Below are positions 46,463 to 55,543 of a stretch of DNA of 64,000 bases, piece after piece. The notes below the pieces were generated by a model. It was not told the DNA's origin and searched no databases. It saw only the letters and a program-made list of their open reading frames with translations. The position numbers were made by a program, and so were the translations under genes. Every line of letters begins with the position of its first letter. The first letter of the stretch is position 1. Source of the DNA: Escherichia coli (GTDB taxonomy: Bacteria; Pseudomonadota; Gammaproteobacteria; Enterobacterales; Enterobacteriaceae); assembly GCF_050920415.1 (NCBI RefSeq), contig NZ_CP169309.1. One strand, given 5' to 3'.

Positions 46463-47341
46463 TTACGGTAAATAATGCGTGACAATCTGCAGGAACTCAT
46501 CCCGCATCTGGTTGTCGATTTTCGGATTCCATGCCACACCAATGTTCCATATGATCTGCTTTCCCCACAGAGTAATCAGCTTGACTCCTACAGGTAAAAA
46601 ATTCTCGACGCTGGCGGGTAGCAGCGCGAGACCATTCCCTCCGGCTATCAATGCTAGCAGGGAATGAATATCATTCGTCGCAGAGATTGGCTCAATGATG
46701 AGTTCATTATCCCGCAGGAACGCAGTCGTTTGCTCCGCCAGACAAGGGCTGACCGCTGGATCCATGCATAAAATCGGATAGATTGCCAGCGTACGCTGGA
46801 GATCGGTGGGATCAATATCGACGGCTACCGGGACAGCCAACACCAGATTTTCTTTATTTATTAAGCGAGAGGCCAATAATTCTGTTACCGGCATACGAAC
46901 AAAACCAGCATGCAGTTCACCTTCCATCAACATCCTAGCTTGTACGCTGGAGGCAATTTGGCTGATAACAACGTCGCAGTCGGGAAATTTCTGGCGAAAA
47001 GTGTTAATCCAAACTGGTGTGCTTTTAAACGAAGATATACCAAATCCGAGCACCAGTTTACCCGTACTCCCCTTTTGGATTTCTCTGGCGTAGGTTAAAA
47101 AATCGTGGTGGGATTTCAGCAACTCATAAGCTTTAGCAAACAACTGCCTGCCAACCATCGTCAACACTGCCCCGTGGCGACCACGCAGGAAAAGCTGCCC
47201 TCCGGTCTTCTGTTCGAGCATCTTGATCTGCTTTGAAAGCGCAGGTTGTGTCAGAAATAAAGCTTCTGCAGCTTTATTGTAGTTTCCCTTTTCCGCCAGT
47301 GTCACAAATGCACGCAGCAGCCTTATATCTATTCCTGACAT
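46463..47341 (-). CDS. LysR-family transcriptional regulator, divergent from the islet operon.
   Basis: The 292-aa product starts MSGIDIRLLRAFVTLAEKGNYNKAAEALFLTQPALSKQIKMLE. Confidence 0.85.
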   Translation of the reverse strand: MSGIDIRLLRAFVTLAEKGNYNKAAEALFLTQPALSKQIKMLEQKTGGQLFLRGRHGAVLTMVGRQLFAKAYELLKSHHDFLTYAREIQKGSTGKLVLGFGISSFKSTPVWINTFRQKFPDCDVVISQIASSVQARMLMEGELHAGFVRMPVTELLASRLINKENLVLAVPVAVDIDPTDLQRTLAIYPILCMDPAVSPCLAEQTTAFLRDNELIIEPISATNDIHSLLALIAGGNGLALLPASVENFLPVGVKLITLWGKQIIWNIGVAWNPKIDNQMRDEFLQIVTHYLP

Positions 47342-47567
47342 TTATTGAATCCTGAAAAATTGGAATTATACAAATACTCGCAACAGATGACATGATGCGT
47401 AAAATGATTTACGCCGAGATCCCCTTGGTTTGTCAAACTCAGAAACGCCATACCTGCTGCTCTTGGTTCTATTTAACACTCACTAATGCGCAGGTTATTT
47501 ATAAAAATTGACCTCATAAATCATTCAAAAACATTAATTATATAAATACAATAAGGATTAAATATTT

Positions 47568-48167
47568 ATGCCAAATATTGCCGTTCTCACTAATGACCTG
47601 CAGTATGAGTTTACCTACAAAATAACACGCTCTCCAGAAATTCTGGCGCAAAAACTCGTCCAGTTTAATCAGTTTCTCGATGGCATTCGCGCTCTGGATC
47701 AATCCATTATCCACCTGCAACTTATCAACGATCCTAATGACCCGGCGGTACAAAAGCGCTATCGCAACCGCGAAGCGGGCATTCCTGCACTAGCTGGTCG
47801 CCCGGAAAACCAGATTATCGATAAAGTATACCGCCCCACAGATCTGGTTGTAGTCAAGGGCAGAGACAGCGGTTTTTTTAATAACGATCTCGACGAAATC
47901 CTCCAGCAACTCGGGGTAAAAACCGTAATCGTTACCGGGTTGCAAACTCATGTTTGCGTGCAGACCACTGCAGCGGATGCCTTCTTTCGCGGCTATAACG
48001 TCTGGGTACCGGGCGACTGCGTGTTCGCTCCTTCGTCCGAAGATACAGAGCGTGCACTCGAGTGGCTTGCCAGCTATTGCGCAACTGTAGCACCTTCTGC
48101 GGAAATTTTATCAATATTGCAAAAACAGAACGATCTGCCTGAGCGCGGCGAAAGGGAAGCATCATGA
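47568..48167 (+). CDS. Cysteine-hydrolase (isochorismatase/YcaC/N-carbamoylsarcosine-amidase family) protein.
   Basis: The product is 199 aa with a D-K-C triad pattern: D in TNDLQ, K in VVVKGRDSGFF and C in LQTHVCVQTT. It overlaps the next gene as ATGA. Confidence 0.75.
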   Translation: MPNIAVLTNDLQYEFTYKITRSPEILAQKLVQFNQFLDGIRALDQSIIHLQLINDPNDPAVQKRYRNREAGIPALAGRPENQIIDKVYRPTDLVVVKGRDSGFFNNDLDEILQQLGVKTVIVTGLQTHVCVQTTAADAFFRGYNVWVPGDCVFAPSSEDTERALEWLASYCATVAPSAEILSILQKQNDLPERGEREAS

Positions 48168-49195
48168 GCTTAACCCAGACGCTAAATCATGAAGAGGTCG
48201 TTGTACTGGATCATGGCACCGGGGCGAAATTAAGCCGCGAGTTGGTTGAAAAAATTGCTAGCATTCTCGGTGACACCTATCTGGGCGTGATGGAAGATAG
48301 CGCGGTGCTGGGGTTATCCACCAGGCGAATTGCCTTCACCACCGACTCCTTTGTTGCCACGCCGCTGATTTTCGGCAACGGTGATATTGGCAAAATCGCC
48401 GTATGCGGCACCGTTAACGATCTCGCTGTCAGTGGGGCTCGTCCCCTTTACATCACACTCAGTCTTATTATTGAGGAAGGTATGCCGATGGCTGATCTGG
48501 TCAGAATCATCGAGTCCGTACGTGAAACGGCTCGTGAGGCAGAGGTCAAGATTGTCGCTGGTGATACCAAGGTCGTAGGTAAAGGTGAAGCAGATCGGCT
48601 GTTTATCAATACTGCTGGCATCGGCGTGTTTGAACATCCGCCAGTCTCAGTTAAGAACGTGCGTCCGGGGCAGAAAATAATCCTGAGCGGATATATCGGC
48701 AATCACTCGATTCACCTGCTGTCGATGCGGGAAGGATTGGGGTTCGAGCGAAATATTCTTAGTGATTGCGCACCGCTGAACCACATTATTGACAAACTTA
48801 TCAGCAACATCCCTGAAGGCAAAATAGCGTCAATGCGAGACGTTACGCGCGGTGGGCTGTCCGCTGTTTTACACGAACATGCGCGCGCAACAAATTATCA
48901 GATTCATTTCGACCAGCCATCTTTGCCCATACAGCCGGAAACCGCCATGGCAGCTAATATGCTGGGTGTTGACGTCATTAATCTCGCTAATGAAGGTTGT
49001 TTGTGCCTGTTTGTTGAACCTGAGTATGCTCAGAAGGTACTACATTTGCTGCAGGAGCATCCTGTCGGCAAGCACGCGACAATTATCGGCGAGATCACCG
49101 CTGTCTCGGGTACTGAAGTCTATATGATTGAAGCTGATGGAACACACACAGAAGTCGAGGAATTATATGGCGCAGAATTACCCAGACTCTGTTGA
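48164..49195 (+). CDS. HypE paralogue (PurM-superfamily carbamoyl dehydratase) with the C-terminal PRLC cysteine.
   Basis: The product is 343 aa. IAFTTDSFVATPLIFGNGDIGKIAVCGTVNDLAVSGARPLY and DTKVVGKGEADRLFINTAGIG match HypE. It ends ...GAELPRLC. Confidence 0.82.
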   Translation: MSLTQTLNHEEVVVLDHGTGAKLSRELVEKIASILGDTYLGVMEDSAVLGLSTRRIAFTTDSFVATPLIFGNGDIGKIAVCGTVNDLAVSGARPLYITLSLIIEEGMPMADLVRIIESVRETAREAEVKIVAGDTKVVGKGEADRLFINTAGIGVFEHPPVSVKNVRPGQKIILSGYIGNHSIHLLSMREGLGFERNILSDCAPLNHIIDKLISNIPEGKIASMRDVTRGGLSAVLHEHARATNYQIHFDQPSLPIQPETAMAANMLGVDVINLANEGCLCLFVEPEYAQKVLHLLQEHPVGKHATIIGEITAVSGTEVYMIEADGTHTEVEELYGAELPRLC

Positions 49196-51545
49196 GCTTC
49201 ACGAGACGCCGGAAACCCGGCGTTACCGCATCTGTGGGGTCGTTCAGGGCGTTGGATTTCGTCCCTTTGTTCACCGACTGGCCCGCACCTATGGTGCCAC
49301 CGGCTGGGTGTTAAACGATTCAGAAGGCGTGTTGCTTGAGCTGCAGGCATCCGGCACGGTTATTGCCAGAATCATGGACAAACTGGTGACCGAGGCACCA
49401 CCACTGGCAAAAATCATCAGTACGCAGGAAGTTAGCCCAACGGATACCAGAGCGCACTATGAAACGTTCAGCATCCGTAAAAGCCGCGATCATACCAGCA
49501 TGGACACGATTATCCCGCCAGATACCAACGTCTGCAGCGATTGCCTGCGCGAGATAAGCGATCCTGATAATCATCGTTATCGTTACGCTTTCACCAATTG
49601 CACCAATTGTGGGCCGCGCTATTCCATTATTCTTGGTATGCCTTACGATCGTGCCCAGAGCACTATGCGTAAATTCCCTTTATGTCCAACCTGTGAGCGT
49701 GAATACAACGATATTGAGGATCGACGCTATCATGCCCAGCCCAATGCCTGCCCAGTTTGCGGCCCACAGTTGCAACTTACCGATCGACAGGGCACATCCG
49801 TTCACACAGATGATATTGTCAAATTTGCCATTACGAAACTAAAAGAAGGCGGAATTCTTGCAATAAAGAGCCTTGGTGGCTTTCATCTCGTGGCCGATGC
49901 TTGCAATGAGAATGCTGTCAATGAACTTCGGCAACGCAAGCGAAGAGACGCCAAACCTTTTGCAGTGATGGTCGCGGATGTGGAAAGCGCGTCGCGTATT
50001 GCTTTCATCCCCCCCTGTAATCACAAATTGCTGGAAAGCCCGCAGCGTCCCATTGTCTTGTTGTATAAGCGCAACGTCCTGCTGGCGAGTACCGTTGCGC
50101 CACATAATCCGAACATCGGTGTAATGCTGCCTTCAACGCCGCTTCAGCATTTATTGCTGGAAGACCCGTCTCTGCCGATCCTGATTATGACCAGCGGTAA
50201 TATTTCCGGTCATCCGATCGTCTTTGACAACGACATGGCAATTAAGCAACTCGGGAAAATCGCGGATTACTTCATTCTGAATAATCGCGATATTCATACG
50301 CGTGTTGACGATTCGGTGGTCCGCACGGTGTTTCTCAACGACGCCATTACCTCGCAGCTATCGTTTTTGCGCCGCTCCCGCGGTTACGCGCCATACCCTA
50401 TTCATCTACCTTACGCAGTGGATTCCGTTATCGCGCTCGGGGCGGAGCTAAAAAACACGATCAGCATCGGCAAAGGAAAACAGGTTTTTCTGAGCCAGCA
50501 TATTGGCGATCTTAAGAATAACGTGACTTTTAAATCACATATCGAATGTATTGATCATCTTCAAAACCTGCTGAACGTGAAGGCAAATGTCGTGGCCTGC
50601 GATTTGCATCCCTCTTTCCGCTCTACCCGGCATGCGCTGGAGAATTTAGAGCATCAGGTTGTTCAGGTTCAACACCATCACGCGCATATGGCATCCTGCA
50701 TGGCGGAAAATGGCCTGTCAGGTACTACTCTAGGCGTAATTTTTGACGGTACAGGATATGGCACCGACGGCACCATTTGGGGCGGTGAGTTTCTCGTTGG
50801 TGATTTCGAAAAATTCGAGCGTGCAGGATGCTTGCGTTCAATGACCCTGCCCGGAGGCGATCGGGCAGTTAAAGAGCCGCTGCGCGTCGGCATCTCCTTA
50901 CTGGTGGAAACCTTCGGCGAAGATATCAGTACGCTCGCAGTACCAGGCTTGCAGGCGCTCCAGCCTCAGCAGCGCGATATATTCAGTAAAATGGCGACCA
51001 GAAAAATCAACACCACCACGACCAGCAGCATGGGCAGACTATTTGACGGCATCGCCGCGCTGATGGGCGTTTGCACTCAGGTGGAGTACGAAGCCCAGGC
51101 GGCCATTGAACTGGAAGCGCTGCTGCAGTGTAAACTTCATATGACGGCTCCGTTCAGCTACATCATTGCCGATGTCGAGAATAAGCTCGAGGTGGATTAT
51201 CGCCCGATGATAAGGGAACTGGTGCAATGCTTCAGCCAGCCCGGTTTTGATATGGCCGAACTAAGTCGGCGCTTTCACTCTACCATCGTCGACATGATTT
51301 GCGAGGTCTGTAAACGTCTGGTGGCACGCTCAGGCACGCAACAAATTGTCCTGAGCGGCGGCGTGTTCTGCAATGAATTCATCCTCGTTAATTCTCTTAA
51401 CAGTCTGGAGTCTTGTGGATTCCGGCCTTACAGCCATCAGTTAGTTCCGACTAACGATGGTGGTATTTCATTGGGGCAAGTGGTTATTGCTACCGCATAC
51501 ACTCGCGCAACGCGCAATAAAAATCTGGAGAGAGAAAATGCATAG
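49167..51545 (+). CDS. HypF paralogue (carbamoyltransferase) with acylphosphatase, two Zn-finger, YrdC and Kae1-like domains.
   Basis: The product is about 792 aa. The motifs are VQGVGFRPFV, CSDC...CTNCGPRY, CPTCERE...CPVCGP, LGGFHLVADA and VQHHHAHMASC. GAGG precedes the ATG at 49167, which lies inside the hypE-like 3' end. Confidence 0.85.
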   Translation: MAQNYPDSVELHETPETRRYRICGVVQGVGFRPFVHRLARTYGATGWVLNDSEGVLLELQASGTVIARIMDKLVTEAPPLAKIISTQEVSPTDTRAHYETFSIRKSRDHTSMDTIIPPDTNVCSDCLREISDPDNHRYRYAFTNCTNCGPRYSIILGMPYDRAQSTMRKFPLCPTCEREYNDIEDRRYHAQPNACPVCGPQLQLTDRQGTSVHTDDIVKFAITKLKEGGILAIKSLGGFHLVADACNENAVNELRQRKRRDAKPFAVMVADVESASRIAFIPPCNHKLLESPQRPIVLLYKRNVLLASTVAPHNPNIGVMLPSTPLQHLLLEDPSLPILIMTSGNISGHPIVFDNDMAIKQLGKIADYFILNNRDIHTRVDDSVVRTVFLNDAITSQLSFLRRSRGYAPYPIHLPYAVDSVIALGAELKNTISIGKGKQVFLSQHIGDLKNNVTFKSHIECIDHLQNLLNVKANVVACDLHPSFRSTRHALENLEHQVVQVQHHHAHMASCMAENGLSGTTLGVIFDGTGYGTDGTIWGGEFLVGDFEKFERAGCLRSMTLPGGDRAVKEPLRVGISLLVETFGEDISTLAVPGLQALQPQQRDIFSKMATRKINTTTTSSMGRLFDGIAALMGVCTQVEYEAQAAIELEALLQCKLHMTAPFSYIIADVENKLEVDYRPMIRELVQCFSQPGFDMAELSRRFHSTIVDMICEVCKRLVARSGTQQIVLSGGVFCNEFILVNSLNSLESCGFRPYSHQLVPTNDGGISLGQVVIATAYTRATRNKNLERENA

Positions 51546-52278
51546 TTCTGCGAACCGTATTGCCGCTGTTTTATTCGATATGGATGGTGTCCTTATTGAT
51601 TCCAATGCGGTGATTGAGCGCGGCTGGGCTGAAGGCGCACAGATGTTTGGCAAGACGCTAACGGAAGAGGATATCGTCAGGCATATTCACGGACAGCCCG
51701 GCCCGCATACCATTCGCGCCCTGTTCAGCGACCTTTCCCTGGAAGATCAAAAGAAGGTCCAGTCACATATCATCCACGTTGAAAATACCGCTGATTACGA
51801 CCCGATCCCTGGAGTTAGCGAACTTATCCAGGCGTTGCATAAGGCTGGCATCAGTGTGGGGATTGTCACTAGCGGCTGGCGGTCGAAAATCGATCGTATT
51901 ATGGAGATGCTGCAAATCACGCCCTGTATTTCAGTGATTGTCGAACGTGATGATGTCGTGCGCGGCAAGCCTTATCCCGATCCTTATCTGCTTGCCGCAG
52001 AGCGGTTTCATCTTGCACCGTCCAGAACACTGGTCTTTGAGGATTCAAGAAGCGGCGTAACATCTGCTGTTACAGCAGGCGCAATTTGTGTTGGCATCGG
52101 TACAGACAGTCTGAAAGAGTGCGGTGCCGTGCTTGCAATTACAGATTTTCGTAATGTGAAAATCACCTCACAGACAGGCGAAAAAGTAGTGATTGCCTTT
52201 ACTCCAGAGCACCAGATGGAGATGGAAACTCAGAGCTCTCGTAAGAAAACATCCTGTACCACAAGAGAAGAGTGCTAA
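51538..52278 (+). CDS. HAD-superfamily hydrolase (beta-phosphoglucomutase/phosphatase-like).
   Basis: The product starts MHSSANRIAAVLFDMDGVLIDSN (DxDG motif I). Motif IV is in the VFEDSRSGVTSA region. It overlaps the hypF-like stop by 8 nt. Confidence 0.75.
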   Translation: MHSSANRIAAVLFDMDGVLIDSNAVIERGWAEGAQMFGKTLTEEDIVRHIHGQPGPHTIRALFSDLSLEDQKKVQSHIIHVENTADYDPIPGVSELIQALHKAGISVGIVTSGWRSKIDRIMEMLQITPCISVIVERDDVVRGKPYPDPYLLAAERFHLAPSRTLVFEDSRSGVTSAVTAGAICVGIGTDSLKECGAVLAITDFRNVKITSQTGEKVVIAFTPEHQMEMETQSSRKKTSCTTREEC

Positions 52279-53471
52279 TGAATATCACACAGAAGGGACG
52301 CTGGGCTGTCACTATGCTATTTTTTATCAATGGCTTCGTCACCGGAGGTTGGGCTGTGCAAATTGCACAGCTTGTACCACGCTTTGGCGTGACCGACAAA
52401 GTGATCGGCCATTTAATTCTGATCTTCGGATTCGGTGCACTAACCATGATGCCCATATCAGGCATTCTGATGGAAAAGATGGGGACACAAATCGTAACGC
52501 GTATTTTTGCCCTTGCAGCCTCCCTGGCATTAATTCCGGTTGGTTTAGCCACCACCCCATTAGTGTTGATGCCAGCGTTATTTGTTCTTGGTGCGATGAT
52601 TGGTGCCATGAATGTAGCGATGAACTCGAATGCCGTGGCGGTGGAGAGATCACTCTCACAAGCGATTTTATCCTCCTGCCATTGCTTCTGGAGTATCGGC
52701 CTATTTGCGGCGGGCTCGATAGGCGGCCATCTTGTTGAACAATTTGGCTTTTTGACGCATATCTTTTTGATTAGTGCCGTGGCCTTAATACTGACGCTGA
52801 TTATCGCTCCGGCCATTTTTAAAGACATACAGACGGTTAAATCCACCAGCAGACAGACCACCCGGTTGCCTCGTTCTCCGGCGATTTATCTGATTGGATT
52901 GATGGCTTTTCTGGCCATGATCCCTGAATGCGCTGTTGTTGACTGGTCGTCACGCTATTTGATTAAAAATCTCAATGCAAAAACAGAAATCGCCAGCCTT
53001 GCCTTCGCCTGCTTTGCTGTAGCAATGGCCTTGTTTCGCTTTATGGGTGACGTGATCCGCAACCGCTTCGGCGCAATATTAATTATACGAATCTCCAGCT
53101 TACTGGCAGGCGCTAGCCTATTGTTGAGCGCACTGGCACACAATCCCTGGCAGGCGATCTGCGCATTTACCTTAGCGGGAATCGGCATCGCCAACCTTGT
53201 GCCCATTGTCTTTTCCGCAGCGGGAAATCAGCCCAATATTTCCACCAACACAGGAATGAGCATTGCCACAACCATTGGGTATTTAGGCACGCTAATGGCC
53301 CCTGCGCCTATTGGCTATATTGCGGAAATAACCGGTTTTCCAGTGGTTTATTGCGGACTAGCTTTCATGTCGGGAATTATCTTTTTGCTGGCACCACTGG
53401 TTCGGGGGGCAGAAATCTCTGTACAGCGGCAGCGAGCCTCAAACAAACACCAGAATACCGGAGCGTTGTAA
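52278..53471 (+). CDS. MFS transporter.
   Basis: The product is about 397 aa with 12 predicted transmembrane segments. Its ATG overlaps the TAA of the HAD gene as TAATG. Confidence 0.8.
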   Translation: MNITQKGRWAVTMLFFINGFVTGGWAVQIAQLVPRFGVTDKVIGHLILIFGFGALTMMPISGILMEKMGTQIVTRIFALAASLALIPVGLATTPLVLMPALFVLGAMIGAMNVAMNSNAVAVERSLSQAILSSCHCFWSIGLFAAGSIGGHLVEQFGFLTHIFLISAVALILTLIIAPAIFKDIQTVKSTSRQTTRLPRSPAIYLIGLMAFLAMIPECAVVDWSSRYLIKNLNAKTEIASLAFACFAVAMALFRFMGDVIRNRFGAILIIRISSLLAGASLLLSALAHNPWQAICAFTLAGIGIANLVPIVFSAAGNQPNISTNTGMSIATTIGYLGTLMAPAPIGYIAEITGFPVVYCGLAFMSGIIFLLAPLVRGAEISVQRQRASNKHQNTGAL

Positions 53472-54027
53472 TTTCTGCCTGGCAAATACTGTGAAACGCT
53501 GACGCAAATTTTACTTTCCTGCGTATTGTCATCACAGGCCGTACAGACAGTGCGCGGTCTGTTGGCGGATCTGCCTGGTATTTTGCCGATGAACTGAGGG
53601 CGTCCTGCGGGATACGTATCGCCAGGGGCGTGAAACTAATTGATGAGGTGGCGGCATGATGCCGGCGGACTAGCATATCTGCCTTTCGCCGCCTGACATG
53701 TCCTTTGGGGCCGCTGTCAGTTCAGAGTAAAGGAGAAAAAGATCGATACCGAGGGGGGGCACGACGCCCCGGAGACACCCCTGTTTCGTCAGACAGTCTG
53801 TACCGCGTACAGCCTGAAACTCCCTAAACCTCAACAAACTGCCACTTCGACGTGAAGGTATCGTTCTGGCGCAGCCAAAAAGCACATGCCGGAGACTGTT
53901 TTTTTGGTTGTAGAGGGTAGTCATGAGCAAATTAAGTAGTGAAATGAAGGCCCTGACGAAGAAAGCAGGCGGCAGCTTCAAAACGGTAAATGACCGTATC
54001 CATATTACAAAACGGTTCAGTGAGCAT

Positions 54028-54225
54028 TTACGCGAACTGAACATCCAGATCCGGCGGGTATGCGCCAAGACTGACTCTGGATTCTTTTCCGTTGAAACGA
54101 TATTTGAGATACCAGATGCGTGAACCGCCCGGATTGACGAGCAGATACAGACCGTGAGAGTCGGAGAGTTTTACCGGACGGGAAGAGGTTTTTAACTTGC
54201 GGATTTTAGAATCGTTTAAAGACAT
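54028..54225 (-). pseudogene. P4-type tyrosine integrase N-terminal fragment (DUF4102 arm-binding domain), truncated.
   Basis: MSLNDSKIRKLKTSSRPVKLSDSHGLYLLVNPGGSRIWYLKYRFNGKESRVSLGAYP aligns to the IntB/P4 integrase N-terminus. The frame is lost after about 65 aa. It lies 160 bp from asnT and reads away from it. Confidence 0.65.
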
Positions 54226-54386
54226 TTGGGGGTCACTCCAGAATCGAACCAAACTGACCCCAGATCTGACCACCAAATTATCCCGATGCGGAGAGAAAAC
54301 CAGATACGCACCGGGGAGGATTTTCACGCTAACTTACTGAACCGTAAACAAATAGAGATGTACAGATAAGCATGAAAACTTGAATT

Positions 54387-54462
54387 TGGCTCCTCTGACT
54401 GGACTCGAACCAGTGACATACGGATTAACAGTCCGCCGTTCTACCGACTGAACTACAGAGGA
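54387..54462 (-). tRNA. asnT: tRNA-Asn (GUU).
   Basis: The 76 nt are identical to the other three copies. It sits at the islet boundary next to mtfA. Confidence 0.9.
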
Positions 54463-54562
54463 ATCGTGTGAACAGGGCGCATGTTACTTAGCGGTACCTT
54501 GTCTGTCAACACTAAATTTCATAAGTCATTTCAATTGGTTAATTAATCTGCAAAGTTGTTAA

Positions 54563-55360
54563 TTAATGAACATTCGTCGCCGAAAACGAGTCTGTATCAT
54601 TAGCGTGATGCAGTCTCTGCAAAGGATCTTGTTGATAAAATTGGCAGAAACGTTGCCACAATGAAGGGAAACGAGGAGCAAAAAGCTCAGGGGCGCTAAA
54701 GAAATATTCAGAAAGTACGGCAAAACACTCAGCAGGATCACTGGCAGCATAAGCATCGATGCTCGCCGCATTCTCACCGACTAATTCGATCTCTTCCTGA
54801 ATGTTGTTCATTGCGGCATGAAGATCGTGTTCCCAGCCAGCAACCTCACGCAACGGAATAAAGGGAACTCCGCTGGCGCGATCGCCGTTACGGGTGTCCA
54901 GCTTATGAGCGACTTCATGAATAATCAGGTTAAAACCAGAAGCATCAAACGAATCTTGTATATCCAACCAGTTCAAAACGATTGGCCCTTGCTGCCAGCT
55001 CTGACCTGACTGAACAATACGTTGGTTATGCACTAAACCGATATCGTCTTCCCACTCATCATCGACTACAAATGGCGCAGGGTAAATTAAGACTTCATGA
55101 AAACCATCCAGCCATTCTAGCCCTAACTCCAGAACGGGCAGGCAAAATAGAAGGGCTATCCGGCAGCTTCTTAATGAATCCAGCTCAAAGCCCTGTAAGG
55201 GAACAAGCCGTTTTTGCTGTAAAAAACGTTCGGCAAGAGTGACTAATTTGCTTTGTTCCTGTTCTGTCAGGCACGTTAAAAGGGGAATCGATAGTGCTTC
55301 CTGCCAGGGAAGGGCAGTTTGATGTGCTGATTCTTGTACTTTCCAGGGCCACTTAATCAT
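54563..55360 (-). CDS. mtfA: Mlc titration factor A (zinc peptidase).
   Basis: The product starts [23 protein letters not shown], has the HEVAH motif and is about 265 aa. Confidence 0.92.
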   Translation of the reverse strand: MIKWPWKVQESAHQTALPWQEALSIPLLTCLTEQEQSKLVTLAERFLQQKRLVPLQGFELDSLRSCRIALLFCLPVLELGLEWLDGFHEVLIYPAPFVVDDEWEDDIGLVHNQRIVQSGQSWQQGPIVLNWLDIQDSFDASGFNLIIHEVAHKLDTRNGDRASGVPFIPLREVAGWEHDLHAAMNNIQEEIELVGENAASIDAYAASDPAECFAVLSEYFFSAPELFAPRFPSLWQRFCQFYQQDPLQRLHHANDTDSFSATNVH

Positions 55361-55453
55361 CGTTTTGCTCGCAAACTCGTCACTTGAACAAAATTGCACG
55401 GACAGGGACTGTTAAAATGCCAAATTTCCTGGCATCATGGCAACCATCTGAAC

Positions 55454-55543
55454 GGAGAGATGCCGGAGCGGCTGAACGGACCGGTCTCGAAAACCGGAGT
55501 AGGGGCAACTCTACCGGGGGTTCAAATCCCCCTCTCTCCGCCA
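55454..55543 (+). tRNA. serU: tRNA-Ser (CGA).
   Basis: The sequence runs ggagagatgccggagcggctgaacggaccggtctcgaaaaccggagtaggggcaactctaccgggggttcaaatccccctctctccgcca. It has a long variable arm and the anticodon CGA. Confidence 0.9.

Larger units (their letters stand above)
46106..54386. mobile_element. Approximately 8.3-kb tRNA-Asn (asnT)-associated genomic islet with a decayed integrase. It lies between yeeJ and asnT.
   Basis: A full asnT lies at one end and a 21-bp direct repeat of the asnT 3' end plus flank lies at the other. A P4-type integrase N-terminal remnant sits next to the tRNA. The cargo is a LysR regulator plus a 5-gene operon. Confidence 0.7.
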
